From assembly GCA_010672185.1 (NCBI GenBank), contig JAAHHL010000032.1, positions 5,937 through 69,936 of the forward strand: 64,000 nt of DNA, read 5' to 3'. A program made the position numbers and the translations under genes. The notes below the pieces were generated by a model that ran no database searches, was not told the origin of the DNA, and was given only the letters and a program-made list of their open reading frames with translations. Positions 42,804 through 50,775 of the stretch are shown here, in pieces (positions within the stretch are counted from its first letter, which is position 1; every line of letters starts with the position of its first letter). The DNA comes from Caldora sp. SIO3E6 (GTDB lineage: Bacteria > Cyanobacteriota > Cyanobacteriia > Cyanobacteriales > Coleofasciculaceae).

Positions 42804-45800
42804 ATGGATGAACAGCGCCGAGAAGCTTATTTGAATTTAATCAATACATTGCTCAGTTGTCATGGTGATGAGGAAATAAATCGAGTCTTAAACGCTAACC
42901 AGGATCTGATTGACTCAGGATTGTTACAGGTGATGGTACAGGTGGCAGAGATATTAGCTGAGAGGGGCGACGAAAGTGCTGCTAATTTTTTGATTCATCT
43001 TACCCATCAACTATCTAAAGCACTTGGATTGCTCTCATCAACCCCTACATCTACTTCACTATCAAATTCAGACCCTCAACAGAGCTTTCTGTTGGAGGTG
43101 TTGCGGGCAATTTACGATAGTGAGGGCGACCCAACAGTAGTGTATCCGCTATTACAGGCAAACCTGGATAAACTGGATGATAACTTTATCCAAGTTTTGC
43201 AAAGTTGGGCTATAGCTACCAAGCCAAAAGTTGAGCCAGAGCAAGTTTATGAATTTGCCATTATTCTTAGCACTTGCTGTAATCTTATCGCGCAGTTTTC
43301 ACTTGGTAATCGTGCTATCAATCTTGAAATTGCTATTGTTGGCTATGAGGTTGTTATGACAATCTTTACCCGCCAAATTTTCCCTCAAGAATGGGCAAAA
43401 ACTCAAAATAATTTAGGTCTTGTTTACTCTGATCGCATCCTTGGAGAAAGGGCAGAAAATTTGGAAGCAGCAATCAATTATTTTTTAGCTGCTTCAGATG
43501 TACATAGCCACCAATGCTATCCTGAAGAATGGGCTATGCTACAAAATAATCTGGGTAATGCTTACTGCAAGCGTATTTTGGGAAAAAGGTTAGAAAATAT
43601 CGAAGCAGCAATTCAATGCTATTTAGAAGCTTCAAAGGTGCTAATCCGCAACACTTATCCAGAACAATGGGCTATGACCCAAAACAATTTGGGAAACGCA
43701 TACAGTGATCGCATTTGTTGGAACAAGACAGAGAATATAGAAAGGGCGATTTGCTGTTTCTCAGAGGCATTGGAAGTATACACCCGCCAAACTTATCCAA
43801 AACAATGGGCTATGACCCAAAACAATTTGGGCAATGCCTACTACAATCGCATTCAGGGAAGTAAGGCAGAAAATTTGGAAGAAGCAATAAAATATTATCT
43901 AGAGGTATTGGAGGTATACAACCGCGAAGATTATCCAGAACAGTGGGCTATGCTACAAAACAATTTGGGCAATGCCTACTATGACCGTATTTCTGGAGAT
44001 AAAGCCAAAAATATCGAGATAGCAATCCACTATTTTTTAGCAGCTTTAGAGGTATACACCCAAGAAGATTTTCCACAAGATTGGGCAGATAGTCAAAACA
44101 ATTTGGGCAACGCATACAGTGAACGCATTTTTGGACAAAGGTCAGAGAATGTGGAAGCAGCAATCCGATGCTACTCAGAGGCATTGAAAATACGTAGCCC
44201 TCACAAGTTTCCACAAGATTGGGCAGACACTCAAACAAATATTGGCATTGCTTACTATTATCGTATTCAGGGAAGTAGGGCAGAAAATTTGGAAGCGGCA
44301 ATCAAGTGTTACTCGGATGTATTGAAATTACGCACCCATCAAACTTACCCAGAAGAGTGGGCAAAAATTCAAAATAACCTAGGAAATGCCTACGGTGAAA
44401 GAATTAAAGGGGATAAAGCAGAGAATTTAGATATAGCAATCGGCTGTTTCTCAAAAGCTTTGAAGGTATATACTTATGAAACCTTCCCACAAGACTGGGC
44501 GATGACCCAAAATAATCTAGGTGAGGTATATCGTGTACACATTGAAGAAAACACTGAAAATATAGAATCTGCAATTAAGTGTTACTTAGCTGCATTAGAA
44601 GTCTACACTTCCGAAGCCTTTCCCCAAGACTGGGGAGATATTCAAAACAATCTGGGCATTGCTTACTATTATCGTATTCAGGGAAGTAGGTCAGAAAATT
44701 TTAAAGCAGCAATCGACTATTTCTTAGCTTCTTTAAAAATACGCATCCCTGAAGCTTTCCCTCAAAAAAATGCCGAAACTCAATTTAACCTTGGTTATAC
44801 TTATCAAGAATATCAACAGTTTAACAATGCCTATACTACCTTAGCGGCTGCCATTAAGATGGTAGAATCTCTACGGAGTGAGAGCAACATAGTATCGGAA
44901 TCTAATAAAGAAGAAGTCAAACAAAAACTGGCTGAAAAATATAACCAAATCTATCAATGTATGGTGGAAGTATGCTTAGAACTGAAGAACTGTACTCAAG
45001 CCATAAAATACGTCGAACGCAGCAAAACCCGCAACTTAGTAGAACTTATCCTAACCCGCGATCGCCACACGATTTTCCCCGCAGAAGTAGTTGTTCAACT
45101 AGATCGACTCCGAGATGAAATCGCTGGCGGTCAATACGAACTCCAAAATGCTACGGCGGAAGACCCTACAGCTTTAGCTCAACATCTCCAACAACTGCGA
45201 CAGCAGCGCAACGAATTACAAGACCAATACCTGCCGATTGGTTCTGGTTTTCAGTTTGAGCCATTCCGGTCAAAAGTGGGCGATCACAGGGCAATTGTTG
45301 AGTTTTATGTTACGACCGATAAGCTACTGGTTTTCATTATTACCAAGCAATCCCCACAACCGATTGTTTTATCCCCCGATTTGGTAGACCTGAAAAAATT
45401 AGAGACTTGGGCTAGTAGCTATTTGAAAGCTTATAGTAATAAAAAAGACCACTGGCAGCGCCGCCTCACTACCCGTTTAAATCTGCTGGCCAAAATTCTG
45501 CACTTTGATGAAATTATTGAGCAAATTCCAACAGAGTGCGACCAGTTAACCTTAATTCCCCATCGCTTTCTCCATTTACTGCCACTTCATGCTTTACCCC
45601 TAGCAGGGAACTCCAGTCTGTTTGAGAGATTTCCCCAAGGAGTTAGCTATGCCCCTAGCTGTCAACTTCTCCAACTGGCCCAAACTAGAGAACGTCCCGA
45701 ATTTACTCATCTATTTGCCGTTCAGAATCCAAGTAATTCAGGACAACCATTAAGCTATGCTGATGTAGAAGTTGAAGCGATTCAAAACTACTTTGACACA

Positions 45801-46469
45801 AGTAACGTTTTCAAACAGAAAATAGCAACTAAAGAAGCGATTGATGAGACTTCCCTCAATACCGTCCACTGTGCCCACTTTAGCTGTCACGGTTACTTTA
45901 ACACCAGCCAACCTCGCCAATCTGCTCTCATCTTAGCTAATGCCGAGCTAAATGCTGCACCCACACAACCCGATACAGAAAATTATCTCAGTTTAGAAAA
46001 TGGGGGCGTACTTGACCTCAATAAGTGCCTTACCTTAGATAAAATTTTCACTCTAAGTTTAGATAAATGTCGCCTCGTTACCTTATCTGCTTGTGAAACG
46101 GGATTGATTGATTTCCGGAATACCAGTGACGAATATATTGGTTTACCTAGTGGTTTCCTGTATGCAGGTGCTGCGATTGTGGTTAGTTCTCTGTGGACGG
46201 TGAATGACTTATCCACGGCATTTTTGATGATTCGGTTCTATCAAAATCTCAAAGATGGTTTAGCTGGGGCATTGGCGCTCAATCAAGCTCAACTGTGGTT
46301 AAGGGATTTAACTAAGGGGGACTTGGAAAGATGGATTGAGGAAAGTTCGTTACCATTGAAACCAGCAGTTAGGATAAGTCTGCGTCGTCGTCTTCATAAA
46401 TTGGAGGATGGTGCTAAACCTTTTGCATCGCCTTTTTACTGGGCAGCGTTTTGTGGGATTGGTCAGTGA
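42804..46469 (+). CDS. TPR-CHAT protein, array gene B (class 1)
   Basis: ATG lies 2 nt after the A stop. N-domain (EAYLNLINTLLSCHGDEE), a helical module, about eleven 46-aa WAxTQNNLGxAY repeats, and CHAT (HFSCHGYF; LSACETG). Confidence 0.85.
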   Translation: MDEQRREAYLNLINTLLSCHGDEEINRVLNANQDLIDSGLLQVMVQVAEILAERGDESAANFLIHLTHQLSKALGLLSSTPTSTSLSNSDPQQSFLLEVLRAIYDSEGDPTVVYPLLQANLDKLDDNFIQVLQSWAIATKPKVEPEQVYEFAIILSTCCNLIAQFSLGNRAINLEIAIVGYEVVMTIFTRQIFPQEWAKTQNNLGLVYSDRILGERAENLEAAINYFLAASDVHSHQCYPEEWAMLQNNLGNAYCKRILGKRLENIEAAIQCYLEASKVLIRNTYPEQWAMTQNNLGNAYSDRICWNKTENIERAICCFSEALEVYTRQTYPKQWAMTQNNLGNAYYNRIQGSKAENLEEAIKYYLEVLEVYNREDYPEQWAMLQNNLGNAYYDRISGDKAKNIEIAIHYFLAALEVYTQEDFPQDWADSQNNLGNAYSERIFGQRSENVEAAIRCYSEALKIRSPHKFPQDWADTQTNIGIAYYYRIQGSRAENLEAAIKCYSDVLKLRTHQTYPEEWAKIQNNLGNAYGERIKGDKAENLDIAIGCFSKALKVYTYETFPQDWAMTQNNLGEVYRVHIEENTENIESAIKCYLAALEVYTSEAFPQDWGDIQNNLGIAYYYRIQGSRSENFKAAIDYFLASLKIRIPEAFPQKNAETQFNLGYTYQEYQQFNNAYTTLAAAIKMVESLRSESNIVSESNKEEVKQKLAEKYNQIYQCMVEVCLELKNCTQAIKYVERSKTRNLVELILTRDRHTIFPAEVVVQLDRLRDEIAGGQYELQNATAEDPTALAQHLQQLRQQRNELQDQYLPIGSGFQFEPFRSKVGDHRAIVEFYVTTDKLLVFIITKQSPQPIVLSPDLVDLKKLETWASSYLKAYSNKKDHWQRRLTTRLNLLAKILHFDEIIEQIPTECDQLTLIPHRFLHLLPLHALPLAGNSSLFERFPQGVSYAPSCQLLQLAQTRERPEFTHLFAVQNPSNSGQPLSYADVEVEAIQNYFDTSNVFKQKIATKEAIDETSLNTVHCAHFSCHGYFNTSQPRQSALILANAELNAAPTQPDTENYLSLENGGVLDLNKCLTLDKIFTLSLDKCRLVTLSACETGLIDFRNTSDEYIGLPSGFLYAGAAIVVSSLWTVNDLSTAFLMIRFYQNLKDGLAGALALNQAQLWLRDLTKGDLERWIEESSLPLKPAVRISLRRRLHKLEDGAKPFASPFYWAAFCGIGQ

Positions 46470-49400
46470 TGGACGAAAAACAAAGACTTCAAGAATACGT
46501 CAAACTAATTGAGGAACTGCTAAACTGCCCAGACGGGGAGGAAGCCCAAATCCTTAACGCCAACCGCGAGTTGGTAGATGCGGGATTATTGCAGGTAATG
46601 GCACAAGTGGCAGAACAACTGGAAGCAGATGGTAATCAAAACGCTGCCGACTTTCTACGCGACCTCAATAGTCAGCTTGTAGAAGTCCTGGAAATATCAG
46701 AAACTACCTCAGCTAATCCCTCATCCCAAGACTATGAGAAATTCTTGATGGAGGTATTGCAGGCAACTGTCTACAGCATTGACAATCCTGAAGTCATTTA
46801 CAACCTACTGCAAGCGAACCTAGACAAACTAGATGACACCTTTATCATTGTCTTGCAAAACTGGGCAGAAACGAAACTCTCAGAGGTGGAATCATCAAAA
46901 GTAGAATACATCGCCAGCGTGATTGTAGAATTCAGCAACCTCATCAGGAATTTTCCCCCAGACAATAAGGCAATTGGCATGGAAATCGCCATTGCTGGTT
47001 ACAAAGTGGCACAAAACGCCTTTACCCGTGAGAGCAACCCAGAAACTTGGGTAAATACTCAGAATAACTTAGGGGTTGCCTACTGGAACAGGACATTAGG
47101 AAACAGAGCAGAGAATCTGGAAATGGCGTTCGATTACTTTCAACAGACATTATTTGTTTACACAAAAGAAGTATTTCCTACCGAGTGGGCAAGTACTCAG
47201 AATAACTTGGGTGTTGCCTACTGTAAAAGAATGCTAGGAGACAAGGCAGAAAATTTGGAATCAGCCATCACTTGCTTTCAACAGACATTATTTGTTTACA
47301 CAAAAGAAGCATTTCCTACCAAATGGGCAAAGATTCAGAGTAACTTGGGCGTTGTCTACCACGAAAGAAGACTAGGAGACAAGGCAGAAAATTTGGAATC
47401 AGCCATCACTTGCTTTCAACAGGCGTTATCTGTTTACACAAAAGAAGCATTTCCTACCAAATGGGCAGATACTCAGAATAGCTTGGGTAATGTATACCTT
47501 GAGAGAATAATAAGAGATATGGCGGAAAACTTGGAATTGGCCATTGCAGCTTACCAACAGGCGTTATCTGTTTACACAAAAGAAGCATTTCCCATCGATT
47601 GGGCAGGAATCCGGAATAACTTAGGTATTGCCTACAGTGACAGAATACTAGGAGATAAGACAGAAAATTTAGAAATGGCGATCGCGGCTTATCAACAAGC
47701 ATTGGAAGTTTACACAAAAGAAGCATTCCCCACCGAATGGGCGATGACTCAGAATAACTTGGGCAACGCCTACCGTGACAGAATACTAGGAGACATAGCA
47801 GAAAATCTCGAAATGGCGATGACTGCCTTACAACAGGCATTGTCCGTTCGTACAAAAGAAGCATTTCCTACCAAATGGGCAGATACTCAGAATAACTTGG
47901 GTATTGCCTACAGTGACAGAATACTAGGAGATAAGGCAGAAAACTTGGAAATGGCCATCGCGGCTTATCAACAGGCATTGTCCGTTCGTACAAAAGAAGC
48001 ATTCCCCACCGACTGGGCAGATACTCAGAATAACTTGGGTCTTACCTATAATGACAGAATACTAGGAGATAAGGCGGAAAACCTGGAAATGGCCATCGCG
48101 GCTTATCAACAAGTATTGGAAGTTTACACAAAAGAAGCATTTCCTACCAAATGGGCAGGAACTCAAAATAACTTAGGCAATGCCTACCGTGACAGAATAC
48201 GAGGAGACAGAGCAGAAAATCTGGAAATAGCCATCGCGGCTTATCAACAGGCATTGTCCGTTCGCACAAAAGAAGCATTCCCCATCGACTGGGCAACTAC
48301 TCAGAATAACTTAGGTGCTGCTTACGCTGGCAGAATACGAGGAGATAAGGCAGAAAACTTGGAAATGGCCATCGCGGCTTATCAACAGGCATTGTCCGTT
48401 CGCACAAAAGAAGCATTCCCCATCAACTGGGCAACTACTCAGAATAACTTGGGCGCTGCCTACAGTGATAGAATACTAGGAGATATGGCAGAAAATCTGG
48501 AAATGGCCATCGCGGCTTACGAAAAAGCATTAGAAATTCGTACAAAAGAAGCATTCCCCACTGACTGGGCAGATATTCAAAATAATTTGAGTCTTGCCTA
48601 CACTGACAGAATATTAGGAGATATAGCAGAAAATCCGGAAATGGCCATCGTTGCTTATCAACGAGTATTAGAAGTTCACACAAAAGAAACCTTTCCCACT
48701 CGGTGGGCAATGACTCAGAATAATTTAGGTATTGCTTACTGTGAAAGAATACTGGGAGACAGAGCAGAAAATTTGGAAACGGCCATCGCTGCCTACGAGC
48801 AGGCATTAGAAGTTTACACAAAAGAAGCATTTCCTAGCAAATGGGCAGGAACTCAGAATAACTTAGGCATGGCCTACAGTAAAAGAATACTAGGAGATAA
48901 CACAGAAAATCTGGAAATGGCCATCGCGGCTTACGAAAAAGCATTAGAAGTCCGCACACTGACAGCAAATGTCATTGAGCATTTCATAACTACCCGCAAC
49001 CTCGGCAACCTCTACTTTAACCAAGGCAACTGGCAACCTGCCATTGATGCTTATGAAAAAGCCATAACTGCAACGGAATTCATTCGCAATGAGGGAATCA
49101 CAGATAAACATCGCAACGAGTTGTTGGCAGGAGGGATCAAAGTTTATCAAAAACAGGTGCAATCTTATATCAATACACAACAATGGGATAAAGCTATCGA
49201 AACAGTCGAACGCAGCAAAACCCGCAATCTCGTAGAACTCCTTGCTAACCGCGACCTCTATCCCAAAGGTGACGTTCCCCAAGAGATAATCTTCCAATTA
49301 GATCGACTGCGACGCAGCATCCCCTCACTGGAAAGGCAGTTACAAGTAGTCATAGAGCAACTATCTACAACTACAAGCGAACAAGAACAAGCACAGCGAC

Positions 49401-50773
49401 ACTCGCTAGAGGAGTCACAGAGGCGGCTACAGCAAGAATTACAATCCTCACGGCAGCAATTAGATGAGGTACTCAATCAGATCAAACCCATAGACTCCAG
49501 CTTCAGCCTAACTCAGAGGGTGGAACAGATTGCCTTTAGCGAGATCCAAAGTCTTCTTGACGAGCGCACTGCCGCGATTGAGTGGTATGTTACGGAAGAT
49601 AAAATTCTCACCTTTATTCTGACTACCAAGAGCCTACATCCTCTAGTCGAACAAGCCTCTGTTCAAGAACTAGAGGCTTTAGAGAATTGGGGAAATGATT
49701 ATTTAGCTGCATATCAAAAGGAAAATAAGCAATGGAAAACCAATATAGCTTCTAACCTTGAAAAGCTGGCTGAGATTTTAAATATCGATCGCCTCCTAAC
49801 CCAGGTTGATGAGATTTTTGACCAGCAAGGAGGGAAATGCGATCGCCTCATCCTCATTCCCCATCGCTTCCTACACCTATTTCCCTTCCATGCTATGCCT
49901 TTAGCGAATGGAGATTTACTCATGGAGCGCTTTCCCAGAGGTCTCAGCTATGCTCCTAGTATCCAACTGCTACAACTGAGTCAAACCTGGAGCCGTCCCT
50001 CACTCAAACATTTTTTCAGCCTCAAGAACCCTACAGAAGACCTCAGTTTTGCTAACCTAGAGGTCGATACTATCCGTAGTTACTTTCATCCTAACGATGA
50101 CGTATTAGAAAAACAAGCAGCTAGCAAAACAGCTCTAACCCAGGAACGTCTGGCTCAAACCAATGTGGCTCATTTCTCTTGTCACGGTTACTTCAACTTT
50201 GAAACCCCTAGCCAATCTGCCCTAGTATTAGCAGGAGGCAAAACCACAACTACAATAACACCTGCTGAGCAAACACGCTTTTGGGAGAGTCGGGATGGAG
50301 GGGCGATTAACCTAGAAAAATGCCTTACTCTGGGGGATATTTTTGCCTTAGACCTGCGCCAATGCCGTCTCACTACCCTCTCTGCCTGTGAAACGGGTCT
50401 CACCGATGTTAAATCCCTCGGTGATGAATATATCGGTCTGCCCAGTGGCTTTCTCTATGCAGGTAGCCCCAGCGTAGTCAGCAGTCTTTGGACAGTGGAC
50501 GACCTATCCACAGCTTTTTTGACCATTCAGTTCTATCAGAATTTGCAGGATACCGAGCAGTATCCTAGCGTAGCGATCGCTCTCAATCAGGCTCAACTCT
50601 GGCTGAGAAATCTTACTAAGAAGAAATTGGAAATATGGATGGCTCAAAACCAGTTAAAGTTAGCTCCAGCGCCCAAGATGAGCTTAAGTCGTCGATTACA
50701 TAAGATGTCTGATAATGCTCAACCCTTTAAATCGCCTTTCTACTGGGCAGCATTTTGCGCAATTGGACAATAA
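46469..50773 (+). CDS. TPR-CHAT protein, array gene C (class 1)
   Basis: TGATG overlap with B. Same architecture as B, with fourteen 46-aa repeats. CHAT dyad present. Confidence 0.85.
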   Translation: MDEKQRLQEYVKLIEELLNCPDGEEAQILNANRELVDAGLLQVMAQVAEQLEADGNQNAADFLRDLNSQLVEVLEISETTSANPSSQDYEKFLMEVLQATVYSIDNPEVIYNLLQANLDKLDDTFIIVLQNWAETKLSEVESSKVEYIASVIVEFSNLIRNFPPDNKAIGMEIAIAGYKVAQNAFTRESNPETWVNTQNNLGVAYWNRTLGNRAENLEMAFDYFQQTLFVYTKEVFPTEWASTQNNLGVAYCKRMLGDKAENLESAITCFQQTLFVYTKEAFPTKWAKIQSNLGVVYHERRLGDKAENLESAITCFQQALSVYTKEAFPTKWADTQNSLGNVYLERIIRDMAENLELAIAAYQQALSVYTKEAFPIDWAGIRNNLGIAYSDRILGDKTENLEMAIAAYQQALEVYTKEAFPTEWAMTQNNLGNAYRDRILGDIAENLEMAMTALQQALSVRTKEAFPTKWADTQNNLGIAYSDRILGDKAENLEMAIAAYQQALSVRTKEAFPTDWADTQNNLGLTYNDRILGDKAENLEMAIAAYQQVLEVYTKEAFPTKWAGTQNNLGNAYRDRIRGDRAENLEIAIAAYQQALSVRTKEAFPIDWATTQNNLGAAYAGRIRGDKAENLEMAIAAYQQALSVRTKEAFPINWATTQNNLGAAYSDRILGDMAENLEMAIAAYEKALEIRTKEAFPTDWADIQNNLSLAYTDRILGDIAENPEMAIVAYQRVLEVHTKETFPTRWAMTQNNLGIAYCERILGDRAENLETAIAAYEQALEVYTKEAFPSKWAGTQNNLGMAYSKRILGDNTENLEMAIAAYEKALEVRTLTANVIEHFITTRNLGNLYFNQGNWQPAIDAYEKAITATEFIRNEGITDKHRNELLAGGIKVYQKQVQSYINTQQWDKAIETVERSKTRNLVELLANRDLYPKGDVPQEIIFQLDRLRRSIPSLERQLQVVIEQLSTTTSEQEQAQRHSLEESQRRLQQELQSSRQQLDEVLNQIKPIDSSFSLTQRVEQIAFSEIQSLLDERTAAIEWYVTEDKILTFILTTKSLHPLVEQASVQELEALENWGNDYLAAYQKENKQWKTNIASNLEKLAEILNIDRLLTQVDEIFDQQGGKCDRLILIPHRFLHLFPFHAMPLANGDLLMERFPRGLSYAPSIQLLQLSQTWSRPSLKHFFSLKNPTEDLSFANLEVDTIRSYFHPNDDVLEKQAASKTALTQERLAQTNVAHFSCHGYFNFETPSQSALVLAGGKTTTTITPAEQTRFWESRDGGAINLEKCLTLGDIFALDLRQCRLTTLSACETGLTDVKSLGDEYIGLPSGFLYAGSPSVVSSLWTVDDLSTAFLTIQFYQNLQDTEQYPSVAIALNQAQLWLRNLTKKKLEIWMAQNQLKLAPAPKMSLSRRLHKMSDNAQPFKSPFYWAAFCAIGQ
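47048..48979 (+). repeat. Fourteen tandem 138-bp (46-codon) repeats inside gene C, several near-identical at nucleotide level
   Basis: Units begin with TGGG(C/T)A... (WAxTQNNLG). Long identical strings, such as GCGGCTTATCAACAGGCATTGTCCGTTCG-ACAAAAGAAGCATTCCCCA, recur at ~47950, ~48240 and ~48375. Confidence 0.9.
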
Positions 50774-50775
50774 CT

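Noticed and set aside
47454-48830. Antisense ORFs of 131-136 aa inside gene C, with similar ones at 43948-44301 in gene B and 39371-39736 in gene A
   Set aside because: These are periodic, stop-free antisense frames created by the TPR repeats. The sense-strand proteins have clear domain signatures.
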